A DNA stretch of 62,475 nucleotides, taken from NCBI GenBank assembly GCA_964584385.1, contig CAZOZW010000001.1, forward strand, positions 1-62,475, read 5' to 3'. This document shows positions 15,875 through 25,348 of this stretch, one piece after another. The notes under the pieces are model-generated. The model was not told where the DNA came from. It did no database searches and was given only the letters and a program-made list of their open reading frames with translations. Position numbers and translations under genes: made by a program. This stretch comes from an uncultured Candidatus Peribacteria bacterium (lineage in GTDB: Bacteria; Patescibacteriota; Gracilibacteria; CAIRYL01; GCA-016699755). The stretch's first letter is position 1. The number at the start of each line of letters is the position of its first letter.

Positions 15875-16780
15875 TTATTGTGGAAACCGAAACCGCGCCA
15901 GTTCGTTATTTATCACAAAAACCAACTCAGAACGGGCGGCGTAAAAGCGCACCGGTGAGAGAGCATCTTTTAAGAATAAAGGCTGTGGCGTGGCGGTTGG
16001 CATTGGTAAAAACCAGATCTCGCTTTGCAAAACGACGACATACGAATCGGAGTTGGGGAGGGGAATGATCGATTCGATCTCTTCGGGGAATGAGTAGAGA
16101 TCTTGAGTTATATTGCCAAGCGGTTTTTGCAAAAGCAGGTTATTGTTACTGGCATAGATGATATTGCCGCTTTTTGGCAGTGCCGGGGTAAACGGCGCCT
16201 GGCTTTCGGCAAAGACATCGCGGGTTTGTACGCCGGTGGGCGACACTAAAATCACCTGTCCGGTTTGGTTTAAAAATACTTCTGTTTCTGTGGTAATTGC
16301 TTCTATGCTGCGCGGCGCATCGGTAACGATTTGCACATATGCCAAGTTTTTATAATGGCGCAAATAGCCACGCCCAAGCGGGTCGAACAAGTATTCTTGC
16401 GCCGGCCCCAAAGTTTCGTACTGCAAGCGAGAGGGGAGCAGTTGAACATTATTGACATGCGTCACCGAATACGAATCGACTATTACCGAGTGACAGAACG
16501 AACGAAACTGATTCTGAAAGACACAAAAATTGTTCTTGCCAAGGGGGATGCCCAAAAAGACATCCGGTGTTTCACCGCGGTATGTATCGTTGATAAACAC
16601 GTTGCTTTCGGGCGGATTAGTAGAAACGGCGATGACCCCGGTTGAAACAATGCCGCCGCCATCGAGGGTGATACGAAAGCCTTGCGCCCACAAGATCAAG
16701 AGAACGCCACCGACCACAAAAACCACCGGCATGAGCAGGCGAATGAGGTATTGCGGTGGCTTACGGGTTTGTTGGGGCAC
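15875..16780 (-). CDS. membrane-anchored protein with PEGA-like domain
   Basis: N-terminal TM segment (LIRLLMPVVFVVGGVLLILW) and a PEGA-like segment (IAVSTNPPESNVFINDTYRGETPDVFLGIPLGKNNF). Lies 3 nt downstream of cysS. Confidence 0.55.
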   Translation of the reverse strand: MPQQTRKPPQYLIRLLMPVVFVVGGVLLILWAQGFRITLDGGGIVSTGVIAVSTNPPESNVFINDTYRGETPDVFLGIPLGKNNFCVFQNQFRSFCHSVIVDSYSVTHVNNVQLLPSRLQYETLGPAQEYLFDPLGRGYLRHYKNLAYVQIVTDAPRSIEAITTETEVFLNQTGQVILVSPTGVQTRDVFAESQAPFTPALPKSGNIIYASNNNLLLQKPLGNITQDLYSFPEEIESIIPLPNSDSYVVVLQSEIWFLPMPTATPQPLFLKDALSPVRFYAARSELVFVINNELARFRFPQ

Positions 16781-16783
16781 GGT

Positions 16784-18220
16784 TTACAAAGAGATGATTC
16801 GGTATTCATTATTCGCTTCGTCTCGCACGGCGTAACCAAGATTTGCGATTCGATCGCGCAATTCGTCGCTGAGTGCCCAATCTTTATTGATGCGGGCTTG
16901 TTTGCGCTCTTCTGCGAGATTGATGATTTCGCCGGGGATTTCGCTTTGCATAGGCAGCAAGCGTACGCCAAAGATATTTTCGAGATATTCAGCAAAATCT
17001 TGTAGCTGCGATCGGCTTTCTGAATCGAGTGTGAATGATTGTAGTTTCGAGAAGAATTCATGAAGCACTGCCATTGCCACCGGCGTGTTTACGTCGTCGT
17101 TCATCGCTTTTTCAAAACTCGACTTTGTGTCTTTTAAAAGGGATAAAAACTCATTTGAAAGACAACCTTCGCCATGCTTCGCCACCAGTGCCGTATCGAT
17201 GGCGTTACGGATTTTTTCAAGCGCTGTTGCCGCGCCGCTCAAGGCATTGAACGAAAGGTTGAGTTTTTTGCGATAATGGTTCTGCAATAAAAAGAACCGA
17301 AAAGTTTCGGGCGTAAAGCCATGTTCGGTCAGCTGCCGCAAGGTGTAAAAATTGCCAGCCGATTTGCTCATCTTTTTGCCATCGACGAGTAAGTGTTCGT
17401 TGTGCATAAAGTAATTCGTCGGTTCGCAGCCGTATCCGCACGCCGATTGGGCGATTTCATCCTCGTGATGAGGAAAGATGAGGTCGACCCCGCCGGAGTG
17501 GATATCGAATGGCAGATCGAAGATTTCTTTTTCCATTACCGAACACTCTATGTGCCAACCCGGCCTGCCCGAGAGAATCTGGTTATTGAGCTTTAAATCC
17601 CAACTCGGCTCACCCTGCTTAGCACTTTTCCAAAGCACAAAATCGGCGAGGTTGTCTTTATCGGTTTCGTCGGCGAGTGAACGGGTACCGGTTTTTAGTG
17701 CAGAAAGATCAAGATTCAACAACTTACCGTATTTGTTCGCCTTGTGCCATTTATGAACATCGAAAAACACCGAACCATCGATAATCTTGGCAAATCCTTT
17801 TAGATGGATCTTACCGATCAGATCCTGCATCCCATGAACATAATGGGTCGCCCGCGGGTTCGCACGAAACACACTCTCGGGAATATTGAGCGAATCGAGA
17901 TCCTCGAAAAAAGCCTGCGTGTAAAACTCGGTGAATTGTTTGAGCGCCTCTTTTGGCTCTAAGTCGGGGTATTTTACCTTTGAATCGCGAATGGTCTTGT
18001 CATCGATATCGGTGATATTCATCACCCATTTTACGCTATAATCGCAGCCGTATTGTAAATAGCGCCGTAGCAAATCGGCCGAGACATAAGCCCGCATATT
18101 GCCGATGTGCGCATAGTTATACACGGTTGGCCCGCAGGTATAAAAACCGACCTCACCCGGTTTTATTGAGGTAAATTCTTGTTTACTGCGCGTTAAAGTG
18201 TTGTAGAGAACAAACGGCAT
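16784..18220 (-). CDS. cysS: cysteine--tRNA ligase
   Basis: MPFVLYNTLTRSKQEF...FYTCGPTVYNYAHIGNMRAY carries the HIGH-type motif, and KMSKSAGNF is the KMSKS motif. The track ORF is extended 78 codons upstream with no homology-like sequence, so the start was moved to the ATG at 18220. Confidence 0.95.
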   Translation of the reverse strand: MPFVLYNTLTRSKQEFTSIKPGEVGFYTCGPTVYNYAHIGNMRAYVSADLLRRYLQYGCDYSVKWVMNITDIDDKTIRDSKVKYPDLEPKEALKQFTEFYTQAFFEDLDSLNIPESVFRANPRATHYVHGMQDLIGKIHLKGFAKIIDGSVFFDVHKWHKANKYGKLLNLDLSALKTGTRSLADETDKDNLADFVLWKSAKQGEPSWDLKLNNQILSGRPGWHIECSVMEKEIFDLPFDIHSGGVDLIFPHHEDEIAQSACGYGCEPTNYFMHNEHLLVDGKKMSKSAGNFYTLRQLTEHGFTPETFRFFLLQNHYRKKLNLSFNALSGAATALEKIRNAIDTALVAKHGEGCLSNEFLSLLKDTKSSFEKAMNDDVNTPVAMAVLHEFFSKLQSFTLDSESRSQLQDFAEYLENIFGVRLLPMQSEIPGEIINLAEERKQARINKDWALSDELRDRIANLGYAVRDEANNEYRIISL

Positions 18221-18486
18221 AGTACAATACGAGATTATCGTATTAATTCTGGCGTTTTTTTTGAATTGGTGCAAGTCGAGAGCCAACTCCAGCGCCAGAT
18301 GTGAGCTGCATTCGGGAATTGTGTTGGCACTTGTTTTCTGGTAAAATAAAGAGAAATAGAAATAATCAGATTTGCGAAAACACCCCATAAACAGACATGC
18401 TGTCTCGCTCGTAAACATCTCTATAAAAACAAATACATGAATATGTCTCTTCAAATGATAAAAGCTGTCTCTTTAACAAACGAAGC

Positions 18487-20037
18487 ATGAAACGCCTCGT
18501 TCTTTTACTGGCACCGTTTGCGTTTTTGGTTTTAATGACCTTGATCATGATTGTTGGCTGCGAAAAAAAATGCGTACGCGGTGGTGAGAACTGGCCCGAA
18601 TGCGCTTGTGAAGACCCGAATGATCCCCGATGCATGGCAGACCAAGAAGAGCGTGAAGCAGAACTGGTGATATGGAACTTATACGACGATGAGGATGTAT
18701 TTGAAGACCAAATTGCCGTTTTTAAAAGAGAAATACAGAAAGAAGCAGGATTAGAAGTTTCGATAGAGTATCGTAGCTTTGATGATGAAGAGGAGTTTGA
18801 AGAAGTACTGCTCGACAGCATGGCCGCCGGCAACGGACCGGATATATTCGGAATGCACTACAGCTGGTTGCCGCGCCACAAAGATAAGATCTCGCCATTA
18901 CCTATTGAGATGATGCTGCCGGATGAATACCGACAGACATTTTTTCGGGCAGCGGGCGAAACACTGATTGCAAAAGATGAAGAGGGAATTGAGCAGATTT
19001 ATGGATTGCCACTTTTTATCGATAGCCTGGCCCTGTTCTACAACAAAGCCTATTTCGAAGGTGCGTTTGGCATTTCGCCTTGGCCGGGCGAAACCTGGGG
19101 CGAGCTTGAGGAACAGGTCAGAGAGTTAAACTCGCAAACCGATTCACCAGAGCGCTTCAGCGTATCGGGGATTGCATTGGGGCGCACAGATAACATTTCG
19201 CTCGGGGTCGACGTGCTGAACATGCTCCTCGTTCAGTTTGGTGTAGATATGCTGCGCGATGACGAGATACGACTCACCGAAAAAGATGGCAACAACCCCG
19301 CAACAAATGAGCGCGTGGTTGCACTTGCAGAGGCATTACAAAAGTTCTCTCGGTTTGCCGATATCGATTCGAGTCTGTATTCATGGAATCGCCTCATGAC
19401 AAGTGATGATGTCGAGAATAAAGAACTGTCGGCATTTTTGCGTGGCAAAACAGCTATGATCTTCGGCTACCGCAGAACGTTTGACGAACTCAAAAGACTA
19501 AATGAAGCATTGAAGGATGACGGCGAAGATACAATTGTTGGCAGAAGAGGCACCATAGAACAAACAGTGGGCATAACAAAGGCCCCGCAACTAACAACAC
19601 CCGATAATATGATCGAGAACAAAAGAGGGCTATTCTTGGCAGATTTATATGCACTCACTGTTTCGGCACAAAGTAAAAACCCAGATATAGCCTGGGAGCT
19701 ACTGGCATACTTTGCAAACAAACAAGGAGCGATAAAATACACCACCGAAACCGATTTACCAGTAGCGCGTCGTGATATAACCACTGAAGATCTTGCGGGG
19801 AGAGCGGTGATAAATGAAGTATTCGATGAACAAACACCGTTTGCAAAAACAATACCAATGCTCAATAAACATGATTACCAAAGTATTATGAGTGATGCAG
19901 TACTTTCACTCGGCAGAGGAGACACTTCGGTGAACATGCAAGTGCGCCTTGCGGCGAGGCGAATGCAGTGTATTTACGACAGAATAAAAGACAAAACCAA
20001 GCAGCACGACGAAGATTGTACCGAAATTGGGCGATAA
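18487..20037 (+). CDS. extracellular solute-binding protein (ABC-type, family 1-like), lipoprotein-like
   Basis: Lipobox-like IMIVGC. LVIWNLYDDEDVF...GNGPDIFGMHYSWLPRH...YGLPLFIDSLALFYNK is typical of sugar-type SBPs. Paralog of the 22063 ORF. Confidence 0.8.
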   Translation: MKRLVLLLAPFAFLVLMTLIMIVGCEKKCVRGGENWPECACEDPNDPRCMADQEEREAELVIWNLYDDEDVFEDQIAVFKREIQKEAGLEVSIEYRSFDDEEEFEEVLLDSMAAGNGPDIFGMHYSWLPRHKDKISPLPIEMMLPDEYRQTFFRAAGETLIAKDEEGIEQIYGLPLFIDSLALFYNKAYFEGAFGISPWPGETWGELEEQVRELNSQTDSPERFSVSGIALGRTDNISLGVDVLNMLLVQFGVDMLRDDEIRLTEKDGNNPATNERVVALAEALQKFSRFADIDSSLYSWNRLMTSDDVENKELSAFLRGKTAMIFGYRRTFDELKRLNEALKDDGEDTIVGRRGTIEQTVGITKAPQLTTPDNMIENKRGLFLADLYALTVSAQSKNPDIAWELLAYFANKQGAIKYTTETDLPVARRDITTEDLAGRAVINEVFDEQTPFAKTIPMLNKHDYQSIMSDAVLSLGRGDTSVNMQVRLAARRMQCIYDRIKDKTKQHDEDCTEIGR

Positions 20038-20220
20038 CGTTTCTATAAATGGGTTTGCGCGCTATAAAGAGACAACCAAAAAGACATATTCGACAACCTG
20101 ATGGACGCATAGGTTATCGATCATAAGAACGTCTTTTCATTGTAAACATCAAAGATGGATTTTGCTGCGCGTTCGTTCATTTTTGTTAATCTCATATCAA
20201 TCATCGATATAAATTCGACT

Positions 20221-20290
20221 CGGTGTTTTCCCCCTGCATGCCCTGCGTAGCCTTGGCGAAGAAGGGGTAGGGGCTTAAGGGGTTTTGAGG
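20221..20290 (-). repeat. hairpin repeat, medium form, inverted orientation (solo copy)
   Basis: cggtgttttccccctgcatgccctgcgtagccttggcgaagaaggggtaggggcttaaggggttttgagg. It shares cgtagccttggcg with the 9439 copy. Confidence 0.65.
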
Positions 20291-20639
20291 AAAGTTTATT
20301 AGGAATTGGTATCAAACAACTGCTCGCGGCAGCTTTATAATATGTGGGATACTAAAGATACGAGATGAATATGAATTGTGCTGCAGATGATTGTGTGACA
20401 TGAGTATGAAGATTGATAAACGCTTCAGTACAATGTCTTTTTTAGCTTTGAACAGAAGATTCCCGGCTCTGAATCGTTATTGATGCGATTCGGTTCTTCT
20501 ACCAAGAATGAAGTGATTTTAGAAGTGCTCCTGTCGCATTTAAAATCGTGCCGCAAAATCGTTATCGAGAACGGATATGTGACAGGAATCTCTAAAAAAC
20601 AATACCACCATTGTTAACCAATGCGCTACAATAGCATCG

Positions 20640-21995
20640 ATGAAAAAACCCAAACGGATTTTACTGGTAGGAAGCGGACCGCTGCCGCTACAAAAACAAG
20701 GCATGGCGAATGCCGGCGGGTTGCGCACCGAGCAATTTTTGTATGGGCTTGAAAAAGAGCATGTTACTTTATTTGTATTCGAGAACCGCAACTACAAAGG
20801 CATGCAAACGATTAGTGAGACCAAAAATCTATGTCATATGGCTGTTTCTCGCCATTGGGGAGGAGCGGTAAAAACACTGCGCACAATACTAAAAGAGAAT
20901 ATATTCGATTGTGCGGTAGGCATTAATGCCTGGCCGGCTTCGGTATTGGCGGGAGTAATACCTAATAATCTGCCATTTTGGGCGGATATCAATGGTTGGC
21001 CGATTGCCGAAGTGCAAGCTCAAGCGCATTCGCAAAATAACGATTCACCGATGTGGCATGGCATACAGATCGAACAAAAGATCATTGCACGAGCAGACAG
21101 AATATCGACAGTGTCGCAAAACCAAAAATATGCTTGCTACGGCGAAATGGGGATAACTGGCAGACTGAATAAAGACAACCTTGGTGACGAGATTGTCTCG
21201 GTTATTTCAAACGCTTGTCGCCCGCTTTTGGGGTCTGAAAAACCAAAACGGAATCACGAATATAGGGGTAGGATTTTTCCGAAAACCGCGAAGGCGATTC
21301 TTTGGGTTGGTGGGTTTAATGCCTGGGCAGATGACGAGGCACTGTTTGCCGCTATGAACAAAATAATGAGACAAGAAGCAGACACACATTTTTTGTTTAC
21401 AGGAAAAGCATTAAAAGGAATTGAAGAGACAAAATATTTGCGGTTTTTGTCGCGTGTCGAACAAAAAAAATGGGGGAACAGAGTACACTTTTTAGGCTGG
21501 GTTGATGTCGAAAAAATGCCAATGCTGTTTACCGAATGCAATGCGGGATTGAACGTTGATCTACCATGCCTAGAAACCTTTACCGGCGCCCGAAATCGGA
21601 TAAATGAAATGATGCGGTATAACTTACCGGTAGTTACCACAGAAGGGAGCGAGATTGCGGAGCAGCTAAAAAAGCACGAGGCGGCAGTGGTGGTGCCGCA
21701 TAACAACGCTGATGAACTTGCCGATGCAATAGAAAAAATCTGCAATGACGCATCACTTCGAAAACAGGTTCTAAAAAACGCGGATATATTGAAAAATACA
21801 CACTTTTCTGCTAAAATTGCTCAGAAGTGCTTCCTTAATTGGGCGGAGTCTCCGACGAGAGCTGCCAGAAGCCGAAAAACCGCAATACAAAAAGCCCTGC
21901 GCGGCCCCTTGGCCGCCTACCACTACGCGAAGCACCGGGGAACCCGTGCCTTTCTCAGCAAATGTCGACAACTCATCTCTTCAAAATTTGGCTAA
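20640..21995 (+). CDS. glycosyltransferase (GT-B fold, GT4-like)
   Basis: KRILLVGSGPLPLQKQGMANAGGLRTEQF at the N-terminus. The C-terminal half (VHFLGWVD...MLFTECNAGLNVD...NRINEMMRYNLPVVTTEGSE) fits the Glycos_transf_1 pattern. Confidence 0.78.
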   Translation: MKKPKRILLVGSGPLPLQKQGMANAGGLRTEQFLYGLEKEHVTLFVFENRNYKGMQTISETKNLCHMAVSRHWGGAVKTLRTILKENIFDCAVGINAWPASVLAGVIPNNLPFWADINGWPIAEVQAQAHSQNNDSPMWHGIQIEQKIIARADRISTVSQNQKYACYGEMGITGRLNKDNLGDEIVSVISNACRPLLGSEKPKRNHEYRGRIFPKTAKAILWVGGFNAWADDEALFAAMNKIMRQEADTHFLFTGKALKGIEETKYLRFLSRVEQKKWGNRVHFLGWVDVEKMPMLFTECNAGLNVDLPCLETFTGARNRINEMMRYNLPVVTTEGSEIAEQLKKHEAAVVVPHNNADELADAIEKICNDASLRKQVLKNADILKNTHFSAKIAQKCFLNWAESPTRAARSRKTAIQKALRGPLAAYHYAKHRGTRAFLSKCRQLISSKFG

Positions 21996-22062
21996 ATAAA
22001 AACAAAAAAACATTTCTTGTCGCCAATTTTCAGCATCTCTTTCGTTGTAGCCTCATTACGCG

Positions 22063-23622
22063 ATGAAGCGATTGATGCTTATTGTGGGCCCGATAATCGG
22101 CATAATCGTGATTTGGATTGTGCTGGCGATTGTGCTACCAGGGCCGTGTAAACCCGGCGGCGACAATTATCCTGCATGTCTTTGTGACGATGATGACGAA
22201 GCCTGCCTAAATCCACCTGAGGCTACTGTAATCGATCTTGAATTTTGGAACTTGTACGATGATAGAGATGCGTTTAGCGGGCAATTTCAGGCGTATCAAC
22301 AGCAGTTTCGCAGCGAGAACAACGGCTCGACCCTACGCATAAACTATCGCCAATTCAACAATGAAGAGCAGTATGAAAAATTACTTTTAAACCATATCGC
22401 AGAAGGTGGCGGACCCGACATATTTGCGATGCACCACAGCTGGCTGCCACGACACAAGAAAAAAATCGCACCACTGCCCGAATCGAAAATGTTGATCGAA
22501 GACTTTAAAACAACATTCTTCAAGGCAGCCGAGCAGGCGCTTATCCATCCTGACGAAGAGGGCATTGAACAGATCTACGGCTTGCCGATGTTCATCGACA
22601 GCTTGGCGCTGTTTTATAATCAAAAGATATTTGACGGAATTTTTCGTACAACACCGTGGCCGGGCGAAACATGGGAAGAGATTGAAGTACAAGTTCGTAC
22701 ACTAAGCGCGCAAGATAACTCACCCGAACGCTTTGAACTTTCGGGTATAGCAATGGGGCGCACCGATAACATTTCGCTCGGGGTAGATATAATCAATTTG
22801 ATAATGGTGCAGTACGGAATTGATATATTAAACGATGACACAATCGCTTTCTCGCAAGATCAGGGAACCGAACCCGATACCGGCAAAAAAGTGGTGCCTG
22901 CCGAACGTGCCTTTGAACGGTTTTATCAGTTTACGAGGTCGAACTCGATTTTATACTCATGGAACCGATTGTTGACGGGGATGGATGTGGAGAACAAAGA
23001 GCTCACAACATTTCTTCGCGGCAAAACCGCAATGATATTTGGATACTCTTCTACTTATTCACGGCTGCAAGAGCTGAACGAAGAACTTTTAAAAGCCGGG
23101 GTTGACGATTTAATAACGGGCGGCAGAAATGCCACGCTTGATAACTCTGTGGGCATAGCCAAAGCGCCTCAGCTGCTTGCCAAAGAAGACAGAGGCCAAG
23201 ACGAAAAGAATGGAGTGTACCTAGCAGAGATGTACCCGTTAACGGTTTCAAAAAACAGCATCTTTCCCGATGAATCGTGGGATTTGCTGATGTACTTAAC
23301 CCAAACCGAAAGCATGATGAAATACAACGAAGTTACGAACAAACCAATTTCTCGCCGCGACATAGGTGACGAAAATTCTGCAATGGGCACAAATGAACTC
23401 TACAGCATGTTCGCGCAACAAACGCCGTACGCGGTTATTCTGCCAATGTTCCACAAGCACGATTATCGTGCGATTATAAATGATGCCATTCTTTCTCTCA
23501 ACAAAAAGAAAGTTGAAAATGCGGTAAAGCAAGCAGAAAGCCGGCTACAGTGCGTGTTCGACAAAATAAAAGACAACGCCGAACTCAGTGACGCCGATTG
23601 TACTAAGATTGGCGGTAGGTAG
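22063..23622 (+). CDS. extracellular solute-binding protein, paralog of 18487-20037
   Basis: Collinear similarity throughout (FWNLYDDRDAF, GGGPDIFAMHHSWLPRHKKKIAPLP, YGLPMFIDSLALFYNQ, and a shared C-terminal Cys pair). Confidence 0.8.
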   Translation: MKRLMLIVGPIIGIIVIWIVLAIVLPGPCKPGGDNYPACLCDDDDEACLNPPEATVIDLEFWNLYDDRDAFSGQFQAYQQQFRSENNGSTLRINYRQFNNEEQYEKLLLNHIAEGGGPDIFAMHHSWLPRHKKKIAPLPESKMLIEDFKTTFFKAAEQALIHPDEEGIEQIYGLPMFIDSLALFYNQKIFDGIFRTTPWPGETWEEIEVQVRTLSAQDNSPERFELSGIAMGRTDNISLGVDIINLIMVQYGIDILNDDTIAFSQDQGTEPDTGKKVVPAERAFERFYQFTRSNSILYSWNRLLTGMDVENKELTTFLRGKTAMIFGYSSTYSRLQELNEELLKAGVDDLITGGRNATLDNSVGIAKAPQLLAKEDRGQDEKNGVYLAEMYPLTVSKNSIFPDESWDLLMYLTQTESMMKYNEVTNKPISRRDIGDENSAMGTNELYSMFAQQTPYAVILPMFHKHDYRAIINDAILSLNKKKVENAVKQAESRLQCVFDKIKDNAELSDADCTKIGGR

Positions 23623-23704
23623 CTTATTTACAATGCGAATCTCTAATTAACCGACACTACGCGACAGACCTGTTGTCTTGCTTATAAAAGAATTCTTTCT
23701 GTTT

Positions 23705-24982
23705 TTATAGTGGGCGAATCTGCCCATCGCCTTTAATAACCCATTTATAAGTGGTAAGCCCTTCTAGCGCAAAAGGACCGCGAGCATGCAGCTTTTGTGT
23801 CGAAATACCGATCTCGGCACCAAGACCGAATTCGGCCCCGTCTGAGAAGGCGGTGGATGAATTAACATATAAACAAGCCGCATCGATGGTATTGAGGAAC
23901 TGTTCGATGACTTTAGAGTCTGTTGCGCAAACACATTCAGAATGACCAAGGCTGTATTGACGAATATGATCGAATGCAGATTGTGGATTTTCGACACTTT
24001 TGACATTTAAAGTGTAATCAAGCCATTCGGTTGAATAATCGCTTTCAGAAGCAATTTCTAATGGTTTGTACGACAACTTCGACAAGACACTGTGACTTGC
24101 TTTGTCGGCATGAATCGTCACCTCGGGCACACCACTCTTACAAGCTTCGGTTAGTTTGGAATTGAGCTTTGTGAGAAAGTCATCAAGGACATCTTGATGA
24201 ACTAAAAGCGTATCGAGTGCATTGCAGACAGACACTCGCCTTGTTTTGGCGTTGATGGCGATGTTCGTCGCCTGGTCGAGATCTGCCGAAGGATCGACGT
24301 AGATATGCACAACACTAGCACCGGTCTCGATCACCGGTACCGTAGAATTGCTGACCACAAGATCGATCAGGTTTTTACCACCGCGTGGAATAACGACATC
24401 CACTAATCCCCGAGCTTGGAGCAAAGCCGAAGCCGCCTTGCGATCGGTAGTGTTAAAAAAGCAAAGGGCATCTTTGGTTACATTGTGCTGAGTGAGCGTG
24501 TTTTGAATAACCGCAACTAACGCGGCGTTACTATTAATCGCATCACTACCACCTTTAAGTGCCACGGCGTTGCCCGCCTTAAACGCCAAAACAAAAGCAT
24601 CTACGGTAACATTCGGGCGCGATTCGTAAATTATACCTACCAACCCGAGCGGCGAGCGAACCCGCGAAATATGGAGTTGATTGGGGCGAAGCGTACTTTC
24701 TAATACCTCCCCAACGGGGTCGGGTAAGGTGATCACGTTTTGAATATCGGCGGCAATCGCTGTAATACGCTCTTCGGTTAATCGCAAGCGATCGATCTTT
24801 GGTCCTAGCCCTCGGCGCTTTGCTTCTGCAATATCTTTTTCATTGGCTACCAAAATGGTGTCTGTATTTTTTACAAGATTCTTTGCCAGCGAACGCAAGA
24901 CATTGTTTTTTTGCTCGGTTGAGAGCGCACCAATATCTACGGTTGCGTTTTTGGCTTGCAGAAGCATTTGCTGGTATTTCAT
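23705..24982 (-). CDS. proA: glutamate-5-semialdehyde dehydrogenase (gamma-glutamyl phosphate reductase)
   Basis: LAKNLVKNTDTILVANEKDIAEAKRRGL...PLGLVGIIYESRPNVTVDA...RVSVCNALDTLLVH...STAFSDGAEFGLGAEIGIST. Start moved to the ATG at 24982. Confidence 0.92.
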   Translation of the reverse strand: MKYQQMLLQAKNATVDIGALSTEQKNNVLRSLAKNLVKNTDTILVANEKDIAEAKRRGLGPKIDRLRLTEERITAIAADIQNVITLPDPVGEVLESTLRPNQLHISRVRSPLGLVGIIYESRPNVTVDAFVLAFKAGNAVALKGGSDAINSNAALVAVIQNTLTQHNVTKDALCFFNTTDRKAASALLQARGLVDVVIPRGGKNLIDLVVSNSTVPVIETGASVVHIYVDPSADLDQATNIAINAKTRRVSVCNALDTLLVHQDVLDDFLTKLNSKLTEACKSGVPEVTIHADKASHSVLSKLSYKPLEIASESDYSTEWLDYTLNVKSVENPQSAFDHIRQYSLGHSECVCATDSKVIEQFLNTIDAACLYVNSSTAFSDGAEFGLGAEIGISTQKLHARGPFALEGLTTYKWVIKGDGQIRPL

Positions 24983-25054
24983 ACATTTGTAAAAGAGGAT
25001 TGCCGAGGCAGCGCACGGTTGCATTTTATCAAGAAAAAAGGAACACTGCCATTC

Positions 25055-25348
25055 GTGGAAACGAAGAAAAAGAAGCAGCGGCTCAAAAAGTTTCGCAAAA
25101 AAGTCGATAAACTTTTGCTCGGAGCTGTGGTCGGCGGAGCGGTTGGTTCTATTTTAGGAGTAACCTTGGCACCGAAATCGGGCAGAGAGACGCGAAAGTT
25201 AATTGGTGAAAAAGGGAAAGAGGCGTGGAAACGGGTGGCAGAGAAAGCCGAAAAAAAATCTGAACAAAATGAGAGCAAAAAGACCGAACCAGAAAAGAAA
25301 GGGTTTTGGTTTACTTTGAATCGACTTCTTATTAAAAAGAAGAAATGA
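25055..25348 (+). CDS. YtxH-like small membrane/stress protein
   Basis: LLLGAVVGGAVGSILGVTLAPKSGRETRKLIGEKGKE is the YtxH signature. A GTG at 25055 is preferred, because the track ORF start at 24956 would overlap proA. Confidence 0.65.
   Translation: METKKKKQRLKKFRKKVDKLLLGAVVGGAVGSILGVTLAPKSGRETRKLIGEKGKEAWKRVAEKAEKKSEQNESKKTEPEKKGFWFTLNRLLIKKKK

Noticed and set aside
15793-16068. ORF 15793-16068 starting right after the GGGAGG of a repeat copy
   Set aside because: The apparent Shine-Dalgarno abuts the ATG with no spacing. The ORF is antisense to the 3' end of the PEGA-like gene and has R/K-rich low-complexity composition.
16784-18454. Long N-terminal extensions in the ORF track for cysS (78 codons), aroK (31), topA (22), the V-ATPase D homolog (47), proA (14), the S-layer gene (15) and the 46179 membrane protein (22)
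   Set aside because: In each case the conserved protein begins at an internal Met that matches the canonical N-terminus. The extension either overlaps a neighbouring gene or terminator, or has no protein-like character.
18221-18486. T-box or other riboswitch leader upstream of cysS; purine or other riboswitches upstream of purQ, purM and serA
   Set aside because: No T-box consensus (AGAGA/GNUGGNA-type specifier or T-box sequence) is recognisable. The leaders of purQ, purM and serA are too short (30-80 nt) for known riboswitch aptamers.
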